A stretch of DNA of 55,906 nucleotides. Origin: a virus (taxonomy: Duplodnaviria; Caudoviricetes). The stretch spans positions 1-55,906 of the IMG/VR virus record IMGVR_UViG_3300031552_000006; one strand, 5' to 3'. The notes beneath the pieces were generated by a model, which saw only the letters and a program-made list of their open reading frames with translations, was not told the origin of the DNA and did not search any database. Positions within the stretch are counted from its first letter, which is position 1. Every line of letters begins with the position of its first letter. Shown here piece by piece: positions 27,989 to 37,113 of this stretch. The position numbers and the translations under genes are program-made.

Positions 27989-28004
27989 AAAGACTGGAAA
28001 CTAT

Positions 28005-28128
28005 TTGACATCCAAACCCATATAATATATTCTCCAAAATGCTATGACAACTCAAATCGAAAATAAATTTGACCTCGCTTCCGGGATAATCTTAATGGGT
28101 TGTCATAGCACCGGGGGCGGGGTTTTTT
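28005..28128 (+). promoter_or_regulatory. Promoter plus structured leader with interleaved inverted repeats and U-tract
   Basis: TTGACA at 28005; A 28041-28051 / A' 28099-28109; B 28071-28084 / B' 28111-28124. Confidence 0.7.
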
Positions 28129-28142
28129 ATTGGAGAGATAGG

Positions 28143-28631
28143 ATGGGTATACCAGAGGGATATTGTCAATGCGGATGTAATCAAAAAACGTCTATTTCAA
28201 CGGTAAATAATAAAAATAGAGGATTGGTTAAAGGTAAACCTTTAAAATACGTAAGAGACCATGTGAATAAAGTCAAAAATTATAAAGGGGAAAACCATCC
28301 TCAATTTAAAGGAAGAATATATAGAAGGGGATATATTTATCTTTACATGCCATCACACCCAAAAGCAACAAAACAGGGATACATAGCGGAACATCGACTT
28401 GTAATGGAATCTAAAATAGGAAGATATTTAAAATCATGCGAGGTGGTACACCACATCAATGAAATTAAAGATGATAATAAGCCCGAAAATTTATTGCTTT
28501 TTAAAAGCGCTGGAAAACATTCAATAAGGGCCAAGCATGTTTTAAAAAATAATAAAGACGGTAGATTCATCTCTCCCAATAATTGTCAGTGGCTGACATT
28601 AGAAGAAAACGCCGCAAAAGGGAATAGTTGA
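28143..28631 (+). CDS. HNH homing-type endonuclease
   Basis: CQCGC N-terminus, GENHP, GYIAEHRLVME..IGRYL...EVVHHINEIKDDNKPENL. Confidence 0.88.
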   Translation: MGIPEGYCQCGCNQKTSISTVNNKNRGLVKGKPLKYVRDHVNKVKNYKGENHPQFKGRIYRRGYIYLYMPSHPKATKQGYIAEHRLVMESKIGRYLKSCEVVHHINEIKDDNKPENLLLFKSAGKHSIRAKHVLKNNKDGRFISPNNCQWLTLEENAAKGNS

Positions 28632-30271
28632 TGTCCTTAATTTTACGCAAACACCAATTTGAATTTGGTCAAATAGTAGAAGAAATCCGAAGCGGGAAGC
28701 CTATAAATAGAATTGTAGCTTATGTTGTTCCTGGAGGTGGAAAATCCTTATTTTCCCTATTATGCTGGCCATTAATAAAATATGGCCACTCAAATTCAAT
28801 ATGTTGGGTAGTCCCACGATTAACCCTAGCATATCAGGCTGAACTCAATGCGATTGATCCATTTTTTAAGAAAGAGCTCAATCATGGCATGATTATCAGG
28901 GCAGCAACAAACGAATATAACCCAAGACGGAACTGTACAGGCTACACAACAACCTACCAGGCAATAGGACAGGATTCTAATTTTTATAACGTTCGGGAAT
29001 TTGAACAAAGGAAATATATCCTCATCCTTGATGAAAATCATCATATAGCCGCAGATAATGGTCAATGGCATAAATCGATATCCCCTTTAGTAGAAAGATG
29101 TAATTTATTAATACTTCTTTCAGGTACACTCAATAGAGGCGATGAAGATAAAATCGCTTTCATGGATTACGAAGACAGAGGTAATAATATTTGCCTTGAC
29201 CTTAGTGAAAATGATTATACCCGTGTTATACGCTATACCCGGAGTGATGCATTAAAAGAAAAAGCAATACTCCCCATCAAATTTACATTATTTGACGGCG
29301 ATGTTGAATGGGAAAGGAAAGGAAAAGAATTTAAAACAAAACTGTCAAAGGCTTATGAACATTCCGGAGATGCAATACAAACGGCTTTAAATACTGCATT
29401 TGGAAATCATATCATGAAAAATGGATTTGATCATTGGATCGAATATAAAAAATATGATCCAGGATCAAAAATAGCGATTGTCGCAGCAAATATTAAACAT
29501 GCCAAATCATTACTATCAATCCTTAAGGATTGGGGTTTTAATCCTTTAATAGCAACAAGTGATGATTCTTTGGAAGCTCTAAAAGCAATAAAAGAATATC
29601 GATTTGGATCATGTGATACTATGGTCTTTTGTGGTATGTGCTCAGAAGGTCTCGATGTTCCTGAAATGACACATATTATAGTTCTCACTCATTTTCGCAC
29701 CGAAGCATATATTGAACAGCTTGTATCCAGGGCTGTACGGGTTAATAAAAAGGCCGGACCTTATGAAAGTCAGGTGGCTTATATCTTCGCTCCTGATGAT
29801 CCTCCTTTCAGAAGAGTAGTAGAAAAAATAAAAAAGGAACAATCAAATATCATTGTAAATGATTCTGATAAATCCGAATTACCAGAAAAAAAGAGAAATG
29901 GCAGAGGAGAAAGAGGGCCAGGCATCACGTTTATAAACGGCTCCATATCCGGCGCCCGTGAAATATCACTTGGTGAGATCCCGTCAGGCTATACTCCGCC
30001 CCCTACAATCAGCGAACAGGAACACTCATTAAGAAAACAGATAGATGACCATGTGAAAAGCTTCTGCCGCGTTTATATGGCAGAGCATAAAAAAGTGAAT
30101 GGAGAGATAAAGACTGTTTTTAAAAAGTCTCGGGACCTAATGGAACTTTCAGAACTCGAGCGCTGCTATGAATATGTCAAAGATTTCTATTCATTAGTTG
30201 AGAGGCCAAAAAAGAAAGTCAGGAAAAGAGGCAGATTAATACCTACTAAGGCAGTACCCTGGATAAATTAA
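28628..30271 (+). CDS. Superfamily 2 (ResIII/DEAD-like) helicase
   Basis: LRKHQ Q-motif, PGGGKS, DENHH, SGT, EGLDVP, QLVSRAVR. Confidence 0.9.
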   Translation: MMSLILRKHQFEFGQIVEEIRSGKPINRIVAYVVPGGGKSLFSLLCWPLIKYGHSNSICWVVPRLTLAYQAELNAIDPFFKKELNHGMIIRAATNEYNPRRNCTGYTTTYQAIGQDSNFYNVREFEQRKYILILDENHHIAADNGQWHKSISPLVERCNLLILLSGTLNRGDEDKIAFMDYEDRGNNICLDLSENDYTRVIRYTRSDALKEKAILPIKFTLFDGDVEWERKGKEFKTKLSKAYEHSGDAIQTALNTAFGNHIMKNGFDHWIEYKKYDPGSKIAIVAANIKHAKSLLSILKDWGFNPLIATSDDSLEALKAIKEYRFGSCDTMVFCGMCSEGLDVPEMTHIIVLTHFRTEAYIEQLVSRAVRVNKKAGPYESQVAYIFAPDDPPFRRVVEKIKKEQSNIIVNDSDKSELPEKKRNGRGERGPGITFINGSISGAREISLGEIPSGYTPPPTISEQEHSLRKQIDDHVKSFCRVYMAEHKKVNGEIKTVFKKSRDLMELSELERCYEYVKDFYSLVERPKKKVRKRGRLIPTKAVPWIN

Positions 30272-30293
30272 TGTTATATTTGGAAGGAAAGGG

Positions 30294-30485
30294 ATGAAAA
30301 TGGATGACATGGGATTTTATTTTTTACAAAGAGATATCCAGGATATTATGGATAAACTTAAAAAATTGCAAAGCGCATATTTAAAAGAAACAGGGAGAGA
30401 GTTTATTGATGGTCAAAGGATAAATGGTTTAATGCAGTGTCCGGCATGTGGCCATTTTAAACCACTACCGCGGCACGGCGCTTAA
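30294..30485 (+). CDS. Small protein with C-terminal CxxC
   Basis: 63 aa with RBS. Confidence 0.6.
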   Translation: MKMDDMGFYFLQRDIQDIMDKLKKLQSAYLKETGREFIDGQRINGLMQCPACGHFKPLPRHGA

Positions 30486-30635
30486 TATTTCAAAGCACCC
30501 GGAGCCTCCAAGGGTGATAGGCTGACGCCTCGTAAACCAAGTCCTTCTCGTATATCCGGGATCATTCGTGATTGAATTATGAAAGAGGGATACAGCCTAA
30601 CATTTTAAAAGCTAACATTTTAAAAGGAGAGATCA

Positions 30636-30886
30636 ATGTCGGAAACAAAACAGAAAATTATCACGTTGTTAAATGAAACGAAAAGAGATGGAATAGGTTA
30701 TCTGATTAACTATCTCGTAGAAAACGGTGTTGTAGTTGCGGCAAGCTGATAAATGTTGGAGAAATTTGCAATAAGTATTCAAGATACCGATACCCATATG
30801 ATGAGATTGAATCTGGTAAAATCAGATCCTTTGTAGTCTCTAGGATAAGCAAAAAGATCAACAAGGCTCAGTGGTGGGATAGATGA
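30636..30886 (+). pseudogene. Fused gene remnants (HD-hydrolase-like N-terminus, then RRKRCCSC fragment in another frame)
   Basis: 37-aa ORF 30636-30749 with strong RBS; startless frame RRKRCCSCGKLINVGE... begins inside it. Confidence 0.45.
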
Positions 30887-31068
30887 AAAATCAAGCAGAC
30901 TATTCAAAATATAAATGTCCTTATTCTCATCTCGAAAAAGAATGCGGGCATGAATTACATGGCCCTGAAGGGTATGAAGATACATATGGTGTATGGTGCC
31001 CCTGCGGATTTAGAGGCCCGGTATTTTACCTCGATCCCAAAGATTTAAAACTTGAACCCAAGGAGTAA
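30883..31068 (+). CDS. Small Cys/His-rich protein
   Basis: CPY..CGH..WCPCG. Confidence 0.65.
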   Translation: MKNQADYSKYKCPYSHLEKECGHELHGPEGYEDTYGVWCPCGFRGPVFYLDPKDLKLEPKE

Positions 31069-31071
31069 GCA

Positions 31072-31275
31072 ATGAAAAGGCCAAATGATAGCGCAGGTTA
31101 TAATACTGCAAAGTATATAAAATACCTTGAATCCCGTATCCAGTCCATGCAGGAAGTGGTAGACGCTGCAATTAAATATCATGAATATTCTGATTTTGAT
31201 CCTAAAGAAGGATGCTGTCCAGAATGTGATTTGCTATTAACAATTGACAAATATAAAGCCATAAAGGAGGGATGA
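31072..31275 (+). CDS. Hypothetical protein
   Basis: AAGGAG RBS; CCPEC. Confidence 0.65.
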   Translation: MKRPNDSAGYNTAKYIKYLESRIQSMQEVVDAAIKYHEYSDFDPKEGCCPECDLLLTIDKYKAIKEG

Positions 31276-31276
31276 T

Positions 31277-31486
31277 ATGAATGCAAAAATACATGATGGT
31301 GTAGGTGGATTTTATATAGAATTAATCACAGAAGATCCTAAAGAAATTTGTCAATTAGCAAAACTTAGCCTTAATACTTTGGCAAAACAATCTATAAAAA
31401 TTCATGTATCATTTATGACGGATGGCATGGTGATAAGCGGATTTTCTTTAAGGAAAAAGAAAGATCTGACCCTAACAATTGGTTAA
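31277..31486 (+). CDS. Hypothetical protein
   Basis: AAGGAGG RBS. Confidence 0.65.
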   Translation: MNAKIHDGVGGFYIELITEDPKEICQLAKLSLNTLAKQSIKIHVSFMTDGMVISGFSLRKKKDLTLTIG

Positions 31487-31949
31487 TTAAATGATTCATC
31501 CAGATCCTAACCCTGTTCATATAAAGAAAAAAATAAATGGATAACTGTTACGCACAAAAAAGTGAAAAATCAAAAGTAGAACATATATATAATTTTGATA
31601 AGGGCAAGACGTATTGTGGATTAAGAGATATTTATGCCAAATATAAAATATTATCAGGACGCTCTATTTGCAAAAAATGTTTGTCAATATTTCACAAGGA
31701 AAAGGAATGATTTATGGACACAATCTACACCCAAATGTACCCGAGCCCTAAAGTAAAACAATGGAGATCAGAAAAATCTATATATATCAGGTAAATCTCA
31801 TTATCATAGGGCATGTCAAAAAGAATATGACAGAATCAGATGGTCGAAGAAAAACAAATCGAGGATGGAACAATTATCTTTGATGATATGCAAGCAATGA
31901 TTTGTTCGCTGAATCTTTTAAATGAATATTTAATGGAGAGAGGGATAAA

Positions 31950-32273
31950 ATGAAAAGATGTGATCCATGCCCAAATCCAATTGACTTCTGTTCTTGTATT
32001 TTGCATCCCGATTACATCTTAAAGAAAAAGAGAAAAGACAGGTATAGCACATATGATTCTATTAAACAGATTGTAAGTGAAATCGCAAAGGATTCGGGGT
32101 TATCGATCGAGGATCTTACTGGAAAAAGCAAAATGCAAAGGATTACAAGGGTGCGGACCATGGCTATAAAAAGATGCAGGAAAAATACAAACGCCACTCT
32201 TCAGGAAATAGGTGATTTCTTTAACAGGAATCATGCAACAATAATTTACACTTTGGGAAAAGGATTAAAATAA
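31950..32273 (+). CDS. DnaA C-terminal (domain IV) HTH-like protein
   Basis: DLTGKSK...R..A......TLQEIGDFFNRNHATIIY. Confidence 0.85.
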   Translation: MKRCDPCPNPIDFCSCILHPDYILKKKRKDRYSTYDSIKQIVSEIAKDSGLSIEDLTGKSKMQRITRVRTMAIKRCRKNTNATLQEIGDFFNRNHATIIYTLGKGLK

Positions 32274-32437
32274 TTGCAATTATACCGATATAGATGGAAG
32301 AATAACTCGAAGCGCAAAACTTTATATAACCGGATATTTAAAGTTCTTGTACGAGGCCGGACCAATAGCGCAAAGGTGCAATTTATTGATAACGGCCAGA
32401 AGGAAATAATCAGCAGGAATGCAATGGAGAGAGTGAA

Positions 32438-32794
32438 ATGAAAGAAATTAAATTCAGAGCATGGGATAAAAAAGACAAACACTGGGTTTCTGATGCTTGG
32501 GTTAAAACCCACATTGGGTTATATGATCAATATCCTGAATTGATTTTCATGCAATATACCGGGCTATTGGATAAAAATGGTATGCCGATCTATGAAGGCG
32601 ACATTGTTAAAATACTCATGTATCAAGGAGATCTGAAATACGAACCTGAAATATTTACAATTGAATGGATAGAGAAAGATTTAGGATTTGGCGCAAGAGA
32701 TATTATTGATAAAGATACATGGGGTTTAGGTGATAATGATATTGAAATAATTGGCGATATCCATGAAAACCCTGAATTACTCGAAGAGGGGTAA
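32438..32794 (+). CDS. YopX family protein
   Basis: IKFRAWD, MQYTGLLDKNG..IYEGDIV, EIIGDIHENPELL. Confidence 0.92.
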   Translation: MKEIKFRAWDKKDKHWVSDAWVKTHIGLYDQYPELIFMQYTGLLDKNGMPIYEGDIVKILMYQGDLKYEPEIFTIEWIEKDLGFGARDIIDKDTWGLGDNDIEIIGDIHENPELLEEG

Positions 32795-32806
32795 AATGAC
32801 AAAGAG

Positions 32807-33058
32807 GTGAAAATGCGATTAACAATAAAAAATAGACTAATATTATGTTGGGAAATACTGACTGTTAAAAGCGGCCATGTTCATAATGCCGATGAAAAAC
32901 AGTTATCAACATTTATTCGTGGTTATGAAGCCGGACGCAAAGATCAGCAATACGAAAATACCCTACAAACAAACTTAGACCGGGCTCCTGAATGCAATTG
33001 TTTTAAACCAGATACTTTAGTGCATGAAAGTTGTCCAGTTCATACTTTAAAACGTTAA
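32807..33058 (+). CDS. Hypothetical protein with C-terminal Cys/His motif
   Basis: CNC...HESCPVH tail; stop abuts attC right arm. Confidence 0.7.
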   Translation: MKMRLTIKNRLILCWEILTVKSGHVHNADEKQLSTFIRGYEAGRKDQQYENTLQTNLDRAPECNCFKPDTLVHESCPVHTLKR

Positions 33059-33087
33059 CCGCCTGGCTGGTTATTTGGGCGTTATGC
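32955..33087 (+). mobile_element. Long attC-like site, left arm decayed within CDS
   Basis: Right arm 33055-33096 matches 27409-27450 at 40 of 42; left remnant TAG(A)CCGGGC. Confidence 0.6.
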
Positions 33088-33102
33088 CTTCGGAGGAAAT
33101 AA

Positions 33103-33432
33103 ATGGATATTGCATTTTTTCATGATTGTGCAGTTGATGGATGTTACAAAAAATCAATCAAAGGAAAACAGATGTGCAGACAGCATCAAGCCGAATATGA
33201 TAGCGGCAAAAAATTAAAGGCCTTTTATGGCAAGACGGTACAAAAGAATTTAAATTGTAAATATTTAGAACTATTAGATTTTGAATATTTGGATTGTGAA
33301 TATTTAGTTGGTGTTTCTATTTGTGATCTTAATGATGCTCAGAAATCTGATTGTTGTCCGTTAAGGGGAACTGAATATGAGCATAACCAAACCTTTCACA
33401 GCGACCGCGCCACAGATCGGCGCGACGCGTGA
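33103..33432 (+). CDS. Cassette gene, Cys-rich hypothetical; reads through attC
   Basis: GGAGG RBS; tail HNQTFHSDRATDRRDA is translated attC. Confidence 0.75.
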   Translation: MDIAFFHDCAVDGCYKKSIKGKQMCRQHQAEYDSGKKLKAFYGKTVQKNLNCKYLELLDFEYLDCEYLVGVSICDLNDAQKSDCCPLRGTEYEHNQTFHSDRATDRRDA

Positions 33433-33447
33433 AGGCTATCGTTATGA
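33381..33447 (+). mobile_element. attC site
   Basis: GCATAAC..CCTT(T)CAC(A)GCG(A)CCGCGCC-loop-GGCGCGACGCGTGAAGG..GTTATGA; R'' is the exact complement of GTTATGC at 33081. Confidence 0.9.
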
Positions 33448-33461
33448 GACTTGGAGGAAAT

Positions 33462-33662
33462 ATGGTAAAAGCAAAAAAATATAAATGTCCGCATCACGCA
33501 TGTAAAACTACAGCTACATCTATGCCGGGTGAGTCACAGGATAGTTTTAATATCCGGCTCATAAACGAGGGATGGATATGGAGATTTAAAAGAATAAGGG
33601 GCAAAACAGATTGGGATTACATGCGTTTTTGCCCTGACTGTTCTAAGAATCATTTAATATGA
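33462..33662 (+). CDS. Small zinc-binding hypothetical protein
   Basis: GGAGG RBS after attC; CPHHAC...FCPDC. Confidence 0.7.
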   Translation: MVKAKKYKCPHHACKTTATSMPGESQDSFNIRLINEGWIWRFKRIRGKTDWDYMRFCPDCSKNHLI

Positions 33663-33682
33663 GAATTGTTAGAAGGAGGAAG

Positions 33683-33717
33683 CTCCCGGACGGTATGATG
33701 TGCCCGGGGATTTTTTT
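33683..33717 (+). terminator. Terminator at early/late convergence
   Basis: GC-rich stem followed by T7. Confidence 0.6.
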
Positions 33718-33922
33718 ATTTTTCTCGCTCATCAATCTTGGCTTGTGTATCATGGGATGAAGGTCTGATAAATTCAAGAGCATTGTTAAAAACCATATAT
33801 ATTTTCATCATCCACTTAACTTTGAATTGCTTTGATATGCTCTTAAGCATTATCAAAAATATACCCATGGCAAGCCAATTCTGATCTATAAATTCCTTAA
33901 CAGGTATATCTAAGGATATCAT
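33716..33922 (-). CDS. Small membrane protein (holin-like)
   Basis: Hydrophobic segment; lysis context. Confidence 0.5.
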   Translation of the reverse strand: MISLDIPVKEFIDQNWLAMGIFLIMLKSISKQFKVKWMMKIYMVFNNALEFIRPSSHDTQAKIDEREK

Positions 33923-34295
33923 ATTATCCTCCCCTCTTTATCCAGGCATCTTTTCAACTTTGAGGTTACGAAAATCTTCAGCAGTTGGATTTTCAAGAAT
34001 TGTTCCATCAGTGAATTTCATAAAGATCGGTACACCTTTTTCGGCAACTGCCCCAATCAAAGATACAATTAAATCTATTGTTTTCTTATCCATATCAACC
34101 TTCCTTTATATAATAACCATTTATTTAAATTGTTATTGGTTTAGTTAATATCCATTGCTCTATTTCGCGAGCATGTTTTAAAACTTTTACTGATTCTTCA
34201 GCAAGTTTAAGTCTACGCTGAATTTCTTTTTTTATTTTTTTGCTAGTTGTAAATTGTCTAAGCGTCAATTGTTTCATGTCCTTTTTCCATTATAA

Positions 34296-34688
34296 TTATT
34301 CAAGTTTTACGAAATAGGGAGTAGCTGCTTCGATAAAAGAAGTCAGGGCCTTTGTTATCGCAAGCACTTTTGCATTAGCGACATCCTTCGATGCTTTGCC
34401 TTCTACATACTGAGCCATGGATTCACTGGCAGCATTGTGAGTGTCGGCATATATATCACCATACTTTTTTAGATTCTGATAAGTCTCTTCCGAAATGAGT
34501 TTCTTATCTCTCAGATCCACGATAGTATCCTTGGTCTGGTTATAGGTAACCTGTGATCTATCCAGGATTTGATACATTTTTGCCTCGAAAGAAAGAGGTT
34601 GCCCGGATGGCCCAACGGTCGCACATGCCATAATCATCATCATCATCATAACCATAAAAATCATTAATAGTTCTCTTTTTCTTTTCAT
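34296..34688 (-). CDS. Lipoprotein in lysis module (spanin-like candidate)
   Basis: Basic N-terminus, hydrophobic stretch, lipobox-like IMAC. Confidence 0.65.
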   Translation of the reverse strand: MKRKRELLMIFMVMMMMMIMACATVGPSGQPLSFEAKMYQILDRSQVTYNQTKDTIVDLRDKKLISEETYQNLKKYGDIYADTHNAASESMAQYVEGKASKDVANAKVLAITKALTSFIEAATPYFVKLE

Positions 34689-34697
34689 TTTTTTCTC

Positions 34698-35093
34698 CTA
34701 ATAAAAGTTTACAAACTCAATATTAAAATCGTTTACATTGTAAAGCAATCCCATAAATTTCATAAAGGTATTTCCAGAATTAAGGACCGCTCTTTGCCCC
34801 ATGAGTTTACCTGGATACTGCCCGAGCAAAACACAACCTCGGGAATCAGCCTCAATGTTGCCGGCATGGAAGAGAAGAGCCGTATGATCTTGAACCACAA
34901 TCTCAAAAGTGTTTTTAAATTTTTCTCCGTGGAATCTTTTGCAATAATATCGACCTTCCGGAATTTGAAATCTATCAGGATCATTATCGTCGGGTTCAAG
35001 TGTACTGCAAAAATAATGTCCGTATAAAAGCATGGCGCCAAGGGCGCCTTGAACTGACTGTTCTAACCGAACAATTTTACATTCAATCCCCAT
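34698..35093 (-). CDS. DUF5675-type putative endolysin
   Basis: TLEP, IPEGRY, LLFHAGN...SRGCVLLG, VLNS. Confidence 0.82.
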   Translation of the reverse strand: MGIECKIVRLEQSVQGALGAMLLYGHYFCSTLEPDDNDPDRFQIPEGRYYCKRFHGEKFKNTFEIVVQDHTALLFHAGNIEADSRGCVLLGQYPGKLMGQRAVLNSGNTFMKFMGLLYNVNDFNIEFVNFY

Positions 35094-35145
35094 ATTTTAC
35101 TTTCCAATTATATTTTGAACATTCACAAATTTCATATAAACACCT

Positions 35146-35448
35146 CTAGTATTTTAAAAGATAAAGAATAATTCCAATAAGAGCTTGCACAGCAAGTGCA
35201 ACTCCGATACCGATAGCAATTGATCTTGAGTTTTTATCTACTTTATTGTTTAAATTTTCATGTTCGACTCTATATACTTCTATTGGTACCATGTCTCTTC
35301 GAGTATTATTTAATAATTCATACTGTTTTTCAGCTTCTCTCCCTGCAAGAGTAAGCGCATTATCCATAGCTTTTAGTCTTGTTTCAATATTTTTGATAGA
35401 TAGCATAATTACTTCGTTAAAGTGGTCACGTAAAGGCACTGTATCCAT
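35146..35448 (-). CDS. Coiled-coil protein with C-terminal TM helix (holin-like)
   Basis: IAIGIGVALAVQALIGIILYLL tail. Confidence 0.6.
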   Translation of the reverse strand: MDTVPLRDHFNEVIMLSIKNIETRLKAMDNALTLAGREAEKQYELLNNTRRDMVPIEVYRVEHENLNNKVDKNSRSIAIGIGVALAVQALIGIILYLLKY

Positions 35449-35530
35449 TTATTCACCACTATATTATCCTCTGTTAAATAAAACCATAGCGCCAATTGCG
35501 CCCTGGTCAGTTTGTTCTAAACGAATTATC

Positions 35531-35851
35531 TTACATCTTACTTCCATTGTTCATTTTATTTCTGATAGAGACTAAGGTTTGCTGCATTAATTGGGCGGTC
35601 GTATCCAGGCTATGTAAACATTCTGTTTGGCGATCAAGTTTTTGATCTATTTTTTCAAAACGCAATTTGCCTTCTTCGAGATCTTTGACAACGGCTTTGT
35701 GTTCTGCCATGAATACATCTTTATCCAATTTACAGTCCACTTTATAATTAAGCCACTTAAATGTTCCACCAGTTGCCAAGATTAATACTCCTCCAATGAT
35801 GCTTTCTATTAGATTCATATATAATTCTCCGAAAATAAATAAGGTCGACAC
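35531..35851 (-). CDS. Membrane-anchored coiled-coil protein (holin/antiholin-like)
   Basis: N-terminal TM plus coiled coil, upstream of endolysin. Confidence 0.55.
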   Translation of the reverse strand: MSTLFIFGELYMNLIESIIGGVLILATGGTFKWLNYKVDCKLDKDVFMAEHKAVVKDLEEGKLRFEKIDQKLDRQTECLHSLDTTAQLMQQTLVSIRNKMNNGSKM

Positions 35852-35929
35852 AGTATACTTTCAAATTCATAACTCACTATAAGCATAAAATCAATTTATT
35901 ATATATGAACCATTTAATCATGTATTTAT

Positions 35930-37102
35930 TTAAGGTCTACTCCTGTATATTTTCCCATTCGGATATGTCCCGGCCAGAGCAATCCCATCACCTAGATAAG
36001 ATAACGAACGAATATATGTTTCCGAACCCTGCTGACCCAGATCGGTCCAGGTTGCACCATAATCAACGCTCCTGTATATTTTACCATTAAGAGCTGTACC
36101 CGCCAGGGCAATACCATTGCCTAGATAAGATAACGAAAAAATATATGTTTCCGAACCCTGCTGACCCAGATCGGTCCAGGTTGCACCATAATCAACGCTC
36201 CTATATATTTTACCATTCGGATATGTCCCGGCCAGAGCAATACCATTGCCTAGATAAGATAACGAAAAAATATATGTTTCCGAACCCTGCTGACCCAGAT
36301 CGGTCCAGGTTGCACCATAATCAACGCTCCTGTATATTTTCCCATTCGGATATGTCCCGGCCAGAGCAATCCCATTGCCGAGATAAGACAACGAAAAAAT
36401 TTGTGTTTCCGAACCCTGCTGACCCAGATCGGTCCAGGTTGCACCATAATCAACGCTCCTGTATATTTTACCATTAGGATATGTACCCGCCAGGGCAATC
36501 CCATTGCCGAGATAAGACAACGAACGAATATATGTTTCCGAACCCTGCTGACCCAGATCGGTCCAGGTTGCACCATAATCAACGCTCCTATATATTTTCC
36601 CATTCGGATATGTCCCGGCCAGAGCAATCCCATTGCCGAGATAAGACAACGAAAGAATTTGTGTTTCCGAACCCTGCTGACCCAGATCGGTCCAGGTTGC
36701 ACCATAATCAACGCTCCTGTATATTTTACCATTAAGAGCTGTACCCGCCAGGGCAATACCATTGCCGAGATAAGACAACGAAAGAATTTGTGTTTCCGAA
36801 CCCTGCTGACCCAGATCGGTCCAGGTTGCACCAATACTTTCCTGTATGCCTGGCAACATTCCGTCATGCTGAAGAAGTAAGTCATCTTTATCAGTCAATT
36901 CAAAATTTACTCTGGCCCCAAATTTAGTAATAGCCCCAGTTCCACCATTGGCAATCGGAACTGTGTCACCTGCAACATATCGACCAAGGGCAGTAATATC
37001 ACCAGTACCATTTTCTATCGCTTTTACGGGTATTTTATCGCCAGCATGGACGGTGGTTACTAAAGATAGTAAAATCAATGTAAAATATAATATTTTTCTC
37101 AT
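35930..37102 (-). CDS. Seven-bladed BNR/Asp-box beta-propeller protein with signal-peptide-like N-terminus and fibre motif
   Basis: SxDxGxTW repeats x7; VPIANGGTGA motif; MRKILYFTLILLSLVTTVHA. Confidence 0.85.
   Translation of the reverse strand: MRKILYFTLILLSLVTTVHAGDKIPVKAIENGTGDITALGRYVAGDTVPIANGGTGAITKFGARVNFELTDKDDLLLQHDGMLPGIQESIGATWTDLGQQGSETQILSLSYLGNGIALAGTALNGKIYRSVDYGATWTDLGQQGSETQILSLSYLGNGIALAGTYPNGKIYRSVDYGATWTDLGQQGSETYIRSLSYLGNGIALAGTYPNGKIYRSVDYGATWTDLGQQGSETQIFSLSYLGNGIALAGTYPNGKIYRSVDYGATWTDLGQQGSETYIFSLSYLGNGIALAGTYPNGKIYRSVDYGATWTDLGQQGSETYIFSLSYLGNGIALAGTALNGKIYRSVDYGATWTDLGQQGSETYIRSLSYLGDGIALAGTYPNGKIYRSRP
35938..36832 (-). repeat. Seven tandem 129-bp coding repeats
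   Basis: Near-identical 43-codon units. Confidence 0.95.
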
Positions 37103-37113
37103 GACAGCTCCTT

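Noticed and set aside
35938-36832. Diversity-generating retroelement or CRISPR array
   Set aside because: Units are contiguous in-frame coding repeats with no unique spacers. Differences are not adenine-specific, and no reverse transcriptase or cas gene is visible.
36145-36885. Alternative-frame ORFs over the propeller gene
   Set aside because: Shadows produced by the 129-bp repeat; no RBS or protein-like features
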